A DNA stretch of 64,000 nt, taken from assembly GCF_031769215.1 (NCBI RefSeq), contig NW_026782338.1, positions 62,001 to 126,000 of the forward strand. Reading direction: 5' to 3'. A program made the translations under genes and the position numbers. Below, piece by piece: positions 36,791 through 49,777 of the stretch (position 1 is its first letter; each line of letters begins with the position of its first letter). Under the pieces are notes generated by a model. That model worked only from the letters and a program-made list of their open reading frames with translations, was not told where the DNA came from and made no database searches. This DNA is from Ylistrum balloti (Eukaryota).

Positions 36791-38905
36791 CATAGCTATC
36801 AAATTCCTTGTATTGTGGTTGGGCATCAACACCAAGAGATAGTGTCAGAATGATTTGTCCAGTGACATGAACTTCAATCCTGAAACATTTCTGTTAAACT
36901 CAGTAAATCATCTGAGAGTCAATGTACATTGGAGATGTCTTACTGCTGTATGATTATTATTCATTGGCTTGGTCAGTTTTGCGTCCAATGTCTATTGGAG
37001 CCGTGTTCCAATGAGAATGAGATAGTGGTTTATTTACATATGACTGCGCTACCTATCTTTATATAGGCCGGATATAAGATTAGGTAAAAACATAAGAGGT
37101 AGAATTGAAACAGAAACCAAGGCAAACTATATAACAATATCCTGTGAATGGAGTTTACAGTGTTGGAAAATTTCATCCAGATCACAGGGGCTTGTAATGC
37201 TACTATTATCAAGTTTTGAACAGAATGGCTGTACTGCAGAAATTATAGAGATGCACTACCTTTAATCATAACATGTCTACTCATGGCCCCTGTTTATCTG
37301 TTTTGATTGCCTTTAAGATATCAATTATTGCTGGATAAGCGTTGAATTAACGGCCAACTTCTACATCAGTTTACTTACACATATATATAAATATATACAC
37401 ACTGTATATATTGCTGATGAGCCAATGACTAAGTAATGGAGTATTTGTTTAAACAAAATTTTTTAAAAAATGTTTCTAACACGAATGTTGCCCTGCAGAC
37501 AGCATTCCATTTAGATATTTTTCATTTCTTAGTAGGTACCAACACATACAAAATCTAAAACAAAAGGACAGGAGTTAAAATCATAAATTCATTTCTAAAC
37601 TGGAAACCAAAATATCTAGATTTTATAGCTAGCAATTGAAATATAATTTTCTAAAACCAGAGATTAAAAATAAAATCACACATTTCTCAAGTGAATCTAG
37701 TGCATTCTACTTTTGATCATCAAGATTTTTTTCAGCCATCAGTATTGCAGTATCATTAATATGTTGTTGGTGCAACTGAGTAATCTTTTCTCACACTCAG
37801 AAAATGTATTATAGCAAGTATCAAGCACCATTAAACAGTAAAACTGACACTAAAACATAAAAAACCTCAGTTTATCCCTATAAAAAAACTGAAAGCAAAT
37901 GTATTTGGGATATCCATCTAGCTTACAAAGAATTGTTATGTGTGTTCAAATATCTTGTGTCTTTCTCCCAAATCTCAACAGAGGCCTAGTTAACTTTATA
38001 CTCAACAGAAGGGTCTACAGGATACTATAAGGGTGACTGAAAGCGGAATAACTGACAGATTAAGATTTTCCTTGTAAATAATATTGCTGATAAGTACAAG
38101 TTCAGTATGTTGTGTGTGCATATACATATGAAAATGGACACCGGATGATAACAGGGTTTCTGCCCCCCTACCCCTCCCTTCCCTCTTTACCGTAGAACAG
38201 GGGATATTCCAAATCTCTCTGTACTGGTAAACAAGCCCTTGGCCACAGTTACGTGACTTGACTTGTAATTGCAAACAATAGTAGTAAAATGTCGGAGTAA
38301 GCTAATATTGGGTTAGTGAATACGAAATCATGATATAATTGAATGTCCACAAGCTGTGTGGAGGTAACTGGCCTTGTGGTCGCCCCGAGAGTTAATATTT
38401 ATATAGATTTATCAATAACATCCTCACATCCATTTATCACATCCAATGCTGTCTGTCACACGATCCCAATGGGTTGCAAAGTTCCCTATATAGTCTAGGG
38501 GGCCACACACGGCCATTCATGGGGCTCTAAAAATTCAAATCAGGGGCAAAACTGACCCCTTAAGCCCCAAATATCCCTAATAGGGGCCATCGTGTGCATC
38601 ACTCCCAGTTGCCAAACTCCCTTCACAGACACTGCAGTAGAGTGTCTTAGCTGTACAGGCGACCACATCCAAGGAGCCGATATGTCCCGATTACATCCAT
38701 GGAGTGGATGGTCGATGAAGATTACCTACACCACAGACTTTGAGAGTATAAGTCACATCCAAGGGACAATCTACTCTCTAGCGGTGCAGAGTGACGAATC
38801 AATCGGCCATGTTGTCACACCTTAGGAGCTGGACGTCTACACACACCAGGAGTTAAACCCCAGGAGTTAAACCCCAGGAGGCTATCACACCTGGGGAGTA
38901 TATAC

Positions 38906-39148
38906 TTATGTCTGTGAAGAGAATGAGAAGCTACTGCTACTGGCAGTGAGGCTGATCATGCTTCCACGTAAACTCGACACATCATCATTGTAAGTGGCGT
39001 CTAACGAAGCTTGGGCCACCTCCATGACACTCATCCCCATATCTCCAGTCTCATGGTCAAACTCGTCAAGATCACGTTCCTGTCGCTTTTTTAAATTATG
39101 AATTTTTTCTTTTCTATCTGCCATTAATTTGTTCCTCTCATCCTCCAT
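38906..39148 (-). CDS. TAOK: TAO kinase, last coding exon (17)
   Basis: tttcacag|ATG; MEDERNKLMADRKEKIHNLKKRQERDLDEFD...SQT*; phase 0. Confidence 0.9.
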   Translation of the reverse strand: MEDERNKLMADRKEKIHNLKKRQERDLDEFDHETGDMGMSVMEVAQASLDATYNDDVSSLRGSMISLTASSSSFSFSSQT

Positions 39149-39658
39149 CTGTGAAAAAAAAAACTTGCTCTTGATCTGCTTTCTGATTTATTTTCGTCCT
39201 ACAAATTTTTATTTTCCTTTCTTTCAAAGTTAGATTTCAGAAAGAATAACATAAAAATTATATAGGAATCACTCTTACAAAACCAGACTAAAATGTCCTT
39301 TTTCCTTTGATGAAATATCAATATCCCTAATGTGAAATGTTATGGACACCAACTTCACAAAATGTAAACCCTATAGTGTTATGTTCAAGGATCAGAATTT
39401 TGTAGAAGAATTACAATACATGCTAACCCTGCTCTCCAACGTTTAAAACTGCTAAGAAACTATCATCTTTTTATTTGCAATCGTTCTCATCTCAAAACGC
39501 TTTTAAACAATTTTCAATTCAAAACAATAACAGTTTTTCCAAAATATCTAGGATGCTTCAATTGTTAAATTGTTTTGGGCACAAGTTTGCATTGAAACAT
39601 GGCTGTATCTTTAGATTAAGAAAAAAAAAAAAAAAACAGCAAAAAAACAAATCATTAC

Positions 39659-39841
39659 TTTTTGTTCTAGAAGTGCGCGTCGGAGAGAGACTCGTTCCTC
39701 AAGCTGTCGCCTCTCTCTCTGATGCTGGGCCTCCGTTTGCATTTTTATCTTGCTCTGGTAGGCCATGAGCAGCTCCAGTTCCTGTTGCAGTCGTTGTTTG
39801 AGTTGTTGGGCCTCTGTCTCCTGCGAGTCGTCCAGTCGCAT
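39659..39841 (-). CDS. TAOK: TAO kinase exon 16
   Basis: tttag|ATG; [58 protein letters not shown], a conserved TAOK coiled coil; donor gtaatg. Confidence 0.95.
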
Positions 39842-40239
39842 CTAAAATGAGTTGATTGGTCAAGTGGTAAAAAACGTTATTCTGATGTTTATTGGAGTTT
39901 TAAATACACATTTCTTACTTGCTTGTTATATCAGACATTGAAATCAGATGTTCCAGACATTCTGAATTTGATCCCTCATGGAGGCATCGAAAAGTTGGGA
40001 CAAATCCTAGCTTGACATTACACTGGGTACCATATATCATGTAACGATGAGCATTTTGTACTACAGAGCTCAGCTAATTCTGATTTTACATTAAACAATT
40101 CTTAATCTTAACAATGAGGTTATCATTATTGTAAGTGTGGCCTTCAAAAACATTGTTATTCTGTGTTCAATATAAGAATGTTCTTAAAATTACAGAACTT
40201 AAAGAAAGTGATCTGAAGAAATCTGAATGAAGTACTCAC

Positions 40240-40452
40240 ATTCTGCTGCTGTAGCATCTCTGCTATACTAGCCTCATACTGCTCTCCAAGGATGTTGAGT
40301 TTGCGGACCTGTTCCTCCTTAAGTTTCTTGACGACAGCTTTCTGTTCATTTTTGGGCGTATTTTGCAGTATATGTTCCTTAAGCGCCTTGTACTGTCTGC
40401 GCTGCGTCTGTACAGCTTCATGAAACTGCTTTCGTATCAACACCTCTTTTTG
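40240..40452 (-). CDS. TAOK: TAO kinase exon 15
   Basis: catag|CAA; [71 protein letters not shown]; donor gtgagt. Confidence 0.95.
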
Positions 40453-40639
40453 CTATGAACAAATAAATTGAACTATGAAACCCCTGAAGCTTAAACTACA
40501 GGTATGTATAAACTGGAATTGCATGATGCAAATCCAACTGGTCCTCGTTAATAACATTTTATTAAGAAATAGAACCTTTAACAATTCTCTTTATGGAAAA
40601 GGACCAAAAACAAAGTATAACCAAACTAAAGCCTTTAGA

Positions 40640-40772
40640 TTTACCACTGCCCTGACACCAACATAGCCTTTAGATTTATCACTGCCCTGACACCAACAGA
40701 GCCTATAGATTAATCAATGCCCTGACACCAACAGAGCCTATAGATTTATCACTGCCCTGACACCAACATAAC
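40640..40772. repeat. 35-bp tandem repeat, about 4 copies
   Basis: GCCT.TAGATTTATCACTGCCCTGACACCAACA.A units. Confidence 0.88.
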
Positions 40773-41029
40773 AGACAGATGGTGTATACAACATGTCCCT
40801 AACTACTTCATGGTGAATTTAAAACAAAATCTATAAATACTGTTACATACTCATCAAATGTAAACGACTTCATTGAAACCTCTATGTTATACCTGGTAGT
40901 ACTCTAAATAAACTGTAACTTAGAGACAGACTGATGTCACTCGTTCTATCCTACTGCTGACAACACAGGGAGAGTTACCCACTTAAACAAAGGCGGGTAA
41001 TCCATCTGTACACATGAAAGGGTAATGCA

Positions 41030-42530
41030 CATATACAAGGGAGGGTAATACAGTTATAAAAGGTAGGGTAATCCACTTATACAAGGGAGGATAATTCACT
41101 TATACAGGGGAGGATAATCCACTTAACCAAGGGACAGTGATCAACTTATACAGGGGAGGATAATCCACTTATACAAGGGAGGATAATCCACTTATACAGG
41201 GGAGGATAATGCACTTATACAAGGGACAGTGATCCACTTATACATGGGAGGATAATGCACTTATACAGGGGAGGATAATCCACATATACAAGGGAGGATA
41301 ATCCAATTATACAGGGGAAGAAAATCCACTTATACAGGGGAGGATAATCCACTTATACAAGGGACAGTGATCCACTTATACAACGGAGGATAATCCACTT
41401 ATACAAGGGAGGATAATCCACTTATACAGGGGAGGATAATCCACTTAACCAAGGGACAGTGATCCACTTAACAAGGGAGGATAATCCACTTAACCAAGGG
41501 ACAGTGATCCACTTATACAACGGAGGATAATCCACCTATACAAGGGAGGATAATCCACTTATACAAGGTAGGATAATCCACTTATACAGGGGAGGATAAT
41601 CCACTTAACCAAGGGACAGTGATCCACTTAACAAGGGAGGGTAATCCACTTAGACAAGGGACAGTGATCCACTTATACAAGGGACAGTGATCCACTTATA
41701 CAACAAGGGATAATCCACTTATACAAGGGACAGTGATCCACTTAACAAGAGAGGGTAATCCACTTATACAAGGGAGGGTGATCCACTTATACGACAGAGG
41801 ATAATCCACTTATACAGGGGAGGATAATCCACTTAACCAAGGGACAGTGATCCACTTAACAAGGGAGGGTAATCCACTTATACAAGGGACAGTGATCCAC
41901 TTATACAAGGGACAGTGATCCACTTATACAAGGGACAGTGATCCACTTATACAACAGAAGGATAATCCACTTATACAGGGGAGGATAATCCACTTAACCA
42001 AGGGACAGTGATCCACTTAACCAAGGGACAGTGATCCACTTATACAAGGGAGGATAATCCACTTATACAAGGGACAGTGATCCACTTATACAAGGGACAG
42101 TGATCCACTTATACAAGGGACAGTGATCCACTTATACAACAGAAGGATAATCCACTTATACAGGGGAGGATAATCCACTTAACCAAGGGACAGTGATCCA
42201 CTTAACCAAGGGACAGTGATCCACTTATACAAGGGAGGATAATCCACTTATACAAGAGACAGTGATCCACTTATACATGGGAGGATAATCCACTTATACA
42301 AGGGAGGATAATCCACTTATACAAGAGACAGTGATCCACTTATACACGGGAGGATAATCCACTTATACAAGGGAGGATAATCCACTTATACAAGAGACAG
42401 TGATCCACTTATACATGGGAGGATAATCCACTTATACAAGGGAGGATAATCCACTTATACATGGGAGGATAATACACTTATACAAGGGACAGTGATCCAC
42501 TTACACAAGGGAGGGTAATCCACTTATACA
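41030..42530. repeat. 23-bp minisatellite with two major unit types (ATCCACTTATACAAGGGA-GGATA / -CAGTG), about 65 copies
   Basis: Direct tandem repetition filling most of the TAOK intron between exons 14 and 15, ending about 14 nt from the exon-14 donor. Confidence 0.97.
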
Positions 42531-42543
42531 ATATTCATCTTAC

Positions 42544-42783
42544 CTTAAGACTGCGAGGTTGCTGTTTATGTTCCAGCAGATGTTTCTTGCGGAGGTTCTG
42601 TTCCTCATGTGCGTTGTACTCCTTCTGATTGTCACGCTCAGTCTGGTGCTGTTTTTTGAGGTGGTCATCACGTAGCTTCTGTAAGGTCTGGAGTTGGCGG
42701 TACTCAAGATCCTGTGTGCTGCTGTGGTGGCGTAGCAGCATGGCATGCTCCATCTCCAACTGAGCCTGTCGTTTACTCAGCTC
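42544..42783 (-). CDS. TAOK: TAO kinase exon 14
   Basis: gacag|GAG; ELSKRQAQLEMEHAMLLRHHSSTQDLEYRQL...HKQQPRSLK; donor gtaaga. Confidence 0.95.
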
Positions 42784-43265
42784 CTGTCACAGACAGATAT
42801 AAGTCAGTAACAATCAGCAGAAAATTATGTTGAAACAAAAGTAGCAAAAACATAACCATGTCATGTCTTTCTGACACCTACCTGCTCTCTTAGTCTTTTT
42901 CTCTATTACACAAAACTTTGATATCATTCCAACTTCATTCCTTTCCTTCAGAGAAAAGTCGGTGGATTGCAAAAACCGAAGGAATATTTGCAAAACTAGG
43001 ATGACATCATAAAAATTTCTTCATCTTTCTATTTAATGTATTTTGAAACATTAAAATTTCCATTGTTCACAATTTTCATTGCATTTTCAGAAAGAACTAT
43101 TTTCAATATGTAATTTGAAATGAATACTTTAATAATAAAATCAGCCAAATTTTCGTAACTAAACTATAAATACTCAAATAGGTGATTATGATTTCAGCTG
43201 ACTGAGACAACTGAGGAAAATATCAAGCATTACAGTGTCATTTAGATCAATGATTAAAGTCTAAC

Positions 43266-43463
43266 CTCTGTCAGATGTTCTTCCTCTTTTTGGTGATATT
43301 GCACAAGTTTTCGCCGCCGGAACTTGCGGATTTCAAATTCCATGGAGTCTTTGTGTCGTTTTTCCAGACCTACCTCCGCCTCTCTCTGGCGTTGAAGGAG
43401 GCGGTCCTTGTGAGTTCTCACCAAGTCTTCCCTCTCCTTTTTTGGTGTGCTGCCATCAATCTC
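43266..43463 (-). CDS. TAOK: TAO kinase exon 13
   Basis: aacag|GAG; EIDGSTPKKERE...EIRKFRRRKLVQYHQKEEEHLTE; donor gttaga. Confidence 0.93.
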
Positions 43464-44037
43464 CTGTTGAAAAAACAACGCTAGAATCAAATCAACAACA
43501 GTTGTCCTGCAGGAACTATACAGTTCATCCCAGTTAACCGTACAAAACGTGTTAGAATATGGCATGAAAACATAATACAAGGATATTGTTGGGATTTCAT
43601 ACCTTAAATAAATATGTGGACAATGACAGACACTGGTGACAGACCCTTTATGTAAGAAGGTGTCTTAGTCAAATTCTCTTGAAACATGAAAAAAAATTGG
43701 TGAAAGAAATGTGATGTCATTATGGAGATCTGTAATAATTAAGGGTAAATATTTAAACTTTCAAGAGGTGTAACCATGAAAACAGTACCAGTATACAAAT
43801 TTCCGCATCAGGGGATGAATATTATTTCCGTTCATGCAGTGGTAAGGGGCAAGATTGATGCCTGTAAAATACTAATTGTAAAGGATTCCTTACTGAATCG
43901 ACCTTTGCTTTCAAGATCACATTGATCAGTTAAAATATTTTGAAGCCATTACATCGTTTAACTACGGAGAAAAGAACACCCCATTGTCCTCGAAAGCTGG
44001 CATAGTTCTAAACTGATCTTCCAACTGAGTCAGTTAC

Positions 44038-44166
44038 CTTCTTCATCTGCTCCTTATTGACCTTGTATTCTTTTTTCTGCATAGTTGAAAACGTCTTCTT
44101 CTCTGTGTCATGTGACGTTGATATTTGTTTTACCAGTTTCTTTTCCAGTCCCTGGTTATTGCGTGC
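44038..44166 (-). CDS. TAOK: TAO kinase exon 12 (not in ORF track)
   Basis: ttcag|GCA; ARNNQGLEKKLVKQISTSHDTEKKTFSTMQKKEYKVNKEQMKK; donor gtaact; 129 nt, phase 0/0. Confidence 0.9.
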
Positions 44167-44776
44167 CTGAAACAAGGGAGACAATCAATGTAACCCAATC
44201 CAGAAACAACACCAGACAAGTTAAGCCACTACAATGCGGAAAAGTAAATATGTTATTATAAGAGTATACAACAAAGATTATTCTTTTGAAAGTTAATCTA
44301 CATAAATATTAGCATTATATTTTCAGTTCTCCACTGTTCTAACCTGATCCAATATCTTTATATTACCAATAGTCATGATGTTGACTCCTCTAATCTCAAT
44401 GCAATGAATGTATCATTCCTATAGGTACAACCTAGTCAGTCTCAAAATTTTCAATAGCTGGCATTTTCCAAAACTTTTCCTGGTCATCTTTATACTGGAG
44501 TGAGTATCTATGTAAATCTCAAACTTACCACCAATTAGTATCAGACCATTGAGCTTAATATAGTAAACAAATTTTTCTTCACATTGTTTTCTTCTTTACT
44601 GAGCCAAAAAAAACATATAAAGACATGGACACAAAGAACTTTCACTAACGTAATGTCAGAGAAAGTGCATTTAAATATTTTCCATTAAAAAAAAAAAAAA
44701 AACACAAAGTTTCTTTATATATCAAAATTTGTGTATCATACGTAAATTGATATGGTCAGGATTTACACATGCTTAC

Positions 44777-44911
44777 CATCTTCTCCTGGTCAGCTGCTTG
44801 CATTTTGCGAATTTTCTCCATTTCAATAAGGAATTTCTGTCGCAAGTTATCATACTCCTTATCCAGCTTCTGTTTATGCTCTTCCATTTCTGTTTGGAAC
44901 TTCGTCTCGTG
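44777..44911 (-). CDS. TAOK: TAO kinase exon 11
   Basis: ttccag|CAC; HETKFQTEMEEHKQKLDKEYDNLRQKF..EMEK; donor gtaagc. Confidence 0.93.
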
Positions 44912-45473
44912 CTGGAATAAAAAGTACCAACAAACTGTAACATGTCTGCATACACTAGGAAAGTACATTAACATTTTCTTGAAAATTCAGAAAATATGTT
45001 TCTTCCTTGTGGGAAAAATAAAAAAAAAAAACTCACTTTTGTCTAGAAAACTTGGCAAAATGAATCACTGAACATAGATTGTTCTAATTTGTGGAGTTTA
45101 TAGATCAGATCTGTACAGCTGCTTCTGTTAGTGAGCTAACTGCCTGGGACATGACCATCGCAAAATTTCAATTTATATAAAAACACATTGGCAAGTATCA
45201 CTTATATCAGTATTTTAAACGTTTTTTAAAGTTTTAAAATACGCTTATCACAGCCACATCCCCTCCAGTGCTGTAATTCTAAATATTAGGCATTTCAATC
45301 ATAAATGCTTCTTACTATGATTTTTTGACCTCTTGGAATACAAAATGGATGCTGATCCGAATTTTGACCCACACCTCAACTTTTGTCCTTCAATAAACCA
45401 ATATTACAGGTCTGCTAATGATTCTGAGCACATGCTCAGCTGTGTCATTACTTTTTGTTTCCAAATCTTTTAC

Positions 45474-45647
45474 CTGTTGCAGTTGTTTCTGATGGGTTTT
45501 CCTCATTCGCTTGTAGCCTGTAAATTGTTCCTTCATATCATTAGCATGCTCGTGTTCCTTCATCTGTTTCGTCACGAGATGGGTCGTCCGGATTGTGGCA
45601 AAGTTGTTGGCACCAGCTTCCATTCTGTTTATGCTTGAGTTCGAAGG
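45474..45647 (-). CDS. TAOK: TAO kinase exon 10
   Basis: ttttag|CCT; NNFATIRTTHLVTKQMKEHE..MKEQFTGYKRMRKTHQKQLQQ, a TAOK signature; donor gtaaaa. Confidence 0.93.
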
Positions 45648-46394
45648 CTAAAATAACAATTGTCCTTTTGTATGTACACAATAAACAAAGTAAAATAACA
45701 CCTTTTTGTTTGTAATAAATCCATACTGCTCCATTTGACTGAAATGCTACAAACTTTCACTTTCTTTTAAAACACAAAGATGAAGATGTTTTAAAGAAAT
45801 AGACAATACACTGAATGTATGCTACATTACACATATTGATAAGGGTTGTATATCCTTTAAATTTTTAATTGGTATTATTTTGTAATTAGAACTCCCAGTG
45901 AAAGCAGACATATCCTTAAAGTATCAACCCATTATCAGTTTACAGAAAAAATATTTCAAAGTTTTTTTAAAAATTAGGGAACTCTTTTGTAAAGGAATAA
46001 ATTCATAGTAAGGTAGCATAAGGTAGTATATTAATAAAGCAAGCGCAGTCACGAATGAGAATTATTTAAGTTAATGAATTTTTGGCAAAAAAAAAAAAAT
46101 CAGTTATTTTATCAACATCTAGATACTTCCATTTTCATATGATTCAATACAAAGTCTTGTAAAACAAGACTTCTTTACGATGACTTGAATTCATTTTTTT
46201 CCCCAGTCTCTTCAAGATATTGATCTATCTTTTAAGTTCTCTGTAAACAGCATTCTTTTCTTGTGACATCACTAGAATGGCTAGATGTCCCAGACATGCG
46301 TTTAGTTTGGATAACATAAAGGTTTTGTAAAACTTGTGTTGAAGCACTAATATCAACAGATCATATAGGCATAAGAGGGTTGACAGGGGAACAA

Positions 46395-46640
46395 AATCTG
46401 CCCTGAATCACCACTAATATCTGCCCTGAATCACCACTAAAATCTGCCCTGAATAACCACTAAAATGTGCCCTGAATCACCACTAAAATGTGCCCTGAAT
46501 CACCACTAAAATGTGCCCTGAATCACCACTAAAATCTGCCCTGAATCACCACTAAAATCTGCCCTGAATCACCACTAAAATCTGCCCTGAATCACCACTA
46601 AAATCTGCCCTGAATCACCACTAAAATCTGCCCTGAATAA
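46395..46640. repeat. 23-bp minisatellite (AATCTGCCCTGAATCACCACTAA), about 11 copies
   Basis: Direct tandem repetition. Confidence 0.95.
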
Positions 46641-49600
46641 TCATTCAGTGTTTTTCCATCTTCAGGTCAATCTTAAATAAGATAGCGGAGCATGATTAGA
46701 AAAGAAATTCCATAGAATTTATTGTCCAGGATGAAAAAGAATGAGGTGAGGATGATGGATGACACATTGACAGAAAACTAGACAAGTTTGGCAGTGATAA
46801 GAGTGATTGTAATGATAGTTGATATAACTAAGATGTGATGAAGTGTTACATAGAAATGTGAGAATGCATAATCTTAATATACATGTATGTAGTTTGAACA
46901 AAAATTGCCACTACAGATGTAAATAGATCTTGATTTGTCATGTATGGAACGTGTAACTGGTAAAAAGCTGTTACCCCACTGTTGTAAACATCATATACAT
47001 GGTTTTATAGTTCACAAGATCCTTATAGAAAAATAAACTTCACAGTAGACCTTCTGTCAGTCTAAACAAAATTTTAGAAGTACCGTTGAACCCATTCAAA
47101 TGATATGAACTTATGTTTGTGAAAATCAAATAAGTTTGAACTATCAGCGTCAACATTGCCCAAAAAGTGTTTAAAAATTGTCCTAGCAAGGCAGGAAACC
47201 ACTTCATCAGTAATGACCTGTTTGGAATATTGAAAAAATAATGTTGATTATAATTTGATCAAGAAATAATAGGTTTCATCATGTAATCATGTGAGCCTGA
47301 AAAACCAACATATGTCTGCCTGTGTATTGATGAAAATTTGTGTAAATATATTTGATATATCAGTATTTTGATTGTAGATTGAGGATGCTTTCACGTAAGC
47401 GGTTGAAATGGTTGGATGTGAAACACTGCTGAACATTTTGCACATGCAGTTTGAGAGACCAGCCATGCCTGTCCAAAAATGGCTGAATATCATAAGTTAT
47501 AGCTAAGGATTAATGTTTGTTAAAATCATCTCACTGGTGTTTACAAAGCATATCTATGAGTCTTGTAATTATGTATTTGATGTTATAAATAGGGATAGTC
47601 TCTAGACACCATAATCTTTATCAAAATATACAGTGAAACACTGTTACTCTTTCACAATACACTAATCACAACACCATGAGAGTTGGGGCCTCAAGTTGTG
47701 TCAGCTTGCACAAGGTGAAAGCCAGACATGAAAGAAATCACACTGAATCAATGTTAATGAAGAAACATGTATGATTTAGTGGTATGAGTTGCTTATGATG
47801 TTCATTTACAGTCCCCTACCCAAAAGGTATACTATTGATGTGACGTGACAACAAGGAGTGATCATTTCTAAGGGATATATACAATTTCACAATGTGTTTG
47901 AACCATTCAAACTGTAAATAGAACAAATTAGAAAGGGTTCAAACTATCAATACATGTCAAATGATTGTTTTTAGTGAAAATGGATTTTGTCTGCCTATTC
48001 AAACTGACATCAGGTTTACTGTATTATTTAAAATTTGGATAAATTTGCTTTTGTTGACCATGTAATTGGATTATTCCCAATAAGGTCACCATGGATATAT
48101 CAGTATGACAGGACCACAACTAATTCTACATCTTCTTCACAAATCCCTCTCAGGTCCATGCTATATTGGAACAGATCTGATGCTTGCATACATTCCTAAA
48201 ATTTCACCATTTTATCTTGCTCACAGGCACAAATATTCTAAGGCCAAGCAAAAAATTGTGTGTTTCCTTAATTACACATTCTTATAAATAAACTTTGTCT
48301 TTTTTTTTACAATATTTTTGAAAATTTTAACAACTTTTCACAGAGAATTCTTGTTGCTGTTTTCTTTAGTTTATTAATTGTTCTTTCTATCTAATAAATT
48401 ACAAAAAGAACCAGGAACTGTTCTGAACTTTATAAAACAACATTCTTCTTCAACCAAACCTGCTAAATTCATTTTCAGGCCTTCCTAAATAAAAGAAAAA
48501 CAATTTTTTTTGCATGGCCTTAGAAATATGTACAGCAATCAGTCTCAACTCCATGATGCCATTCAAGAAGACTGGAGGAATTTCAGCCAAGTTGGACACT
48601 TACATATACTAATCTGATACTGTGAATTGAAATTGGTATTTCACAGCAATGAGCAGGCTGAGCAATGAGATATATGTATAGAACATTTACTATATGATAA
48701 TGTTAACTAAAGTCAGAAGAGAAACGTTAATGACTGTTACAATGTTGAAAGCGTTTCCCCAGATAAATTCTAAATTGCTGTATCTTAACTATTTAAAAAA
48801 GTATTGACAGTTTTAAGAAAATCTATTAGAGGGGTATATAATCTTTTCATTCACACTGAAGGCTTTTCACATTCTCTATATATGGCATTTTGAATGAAAT
48901 ATATTTTATAATTACACAAGATATTCAGAATGAGGCTCAATTTGTTTAAAATACAACGACAAGATAAAGTTAGTTATCTATATTTAAAATTCTCAGTAAA
49001 CACAGTTTGAAATAATTCAAATGACAATAAAAACTGCATTATAAATAGACATTTTTTTTGTCTTTTTGATAATTGAACAAGAAATCATAAAATGGAAAAA
49101 TGTTTCTCTACAAAGCCATATACTGTCAAACGCTAATAATTTAAGATATCTTAATTAGTATGCTTTATAATGTATCATATATACCATTTACCAATGTAAA
49201 ACATCATCATCATCAGCATTGGGAACAACCTTGACATTGTATCAAAGATAAGAATAATGACGTACATTACAGAAGTCGTCCACTAATAACCTTGAAAATT
49301 TGTGAAGGTCAATAGTCATTCTAGCCATCCATTCCATCAACTCCATGCAAACAGTTGGACTTTCTTCAACTCTACGTACAACATACATTTGGACATGCAA
49401 TTTGGGAGCGAGAGATTTTAGTCAATGTGACCAAAAAAATCAGAACGATACGCGAAAAAAAAAGGAGGAACTTTTTTTCAAAATATGAAAATAAAATGTC
49501 TGTTGTTTTCATTGTCATAACACAAAGATCTCGGTCGATACACAGGTTACAATATAAACCATGCATGTTGAAAATTTGGTAAATAAAATGTTTTCATACC

Positions 49601-49691
49601 AGGTTGAGAAAGAGCAGAGGAGACTGAAACATCTATCAACAAACAAAACAACATTTAAAATGAGTACAGAACACTTACATCTCATGTGTTA

Positions 49692-49777
49692 CCACCAGGT
49701 GGCAGCACCAACAGAAAATCTACCACTAGGTGGCAGCACCGACAGATACTTTTGAACAGTAGATAAAGGTGGCAGCA
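49692..49777 (+). promoter_or_regulatory. Tandem CTCF-like motif cluster
   Basis: CCACCAGGTGGCAGCA (49692-49707), CCACTAGGTGGCAGCA (49723-49738), partial AGGTGGCAGCA (49767-49777); match to CTCF core CCASYAGRKGGCRS. Confidence 0.65.

Noticed and set aside
38503-38596. Possible CACAC-ended MITE (CACACACGGCC ... GGCCATCGTGTG)
   Set aside because: Imperfect inverted ends and no target-site duplication
38885-38908. Stop-codon readthrough at the TAOK TAA
   Set aside because: TAA G is not a leaky context and a second stop follows within 7 codons
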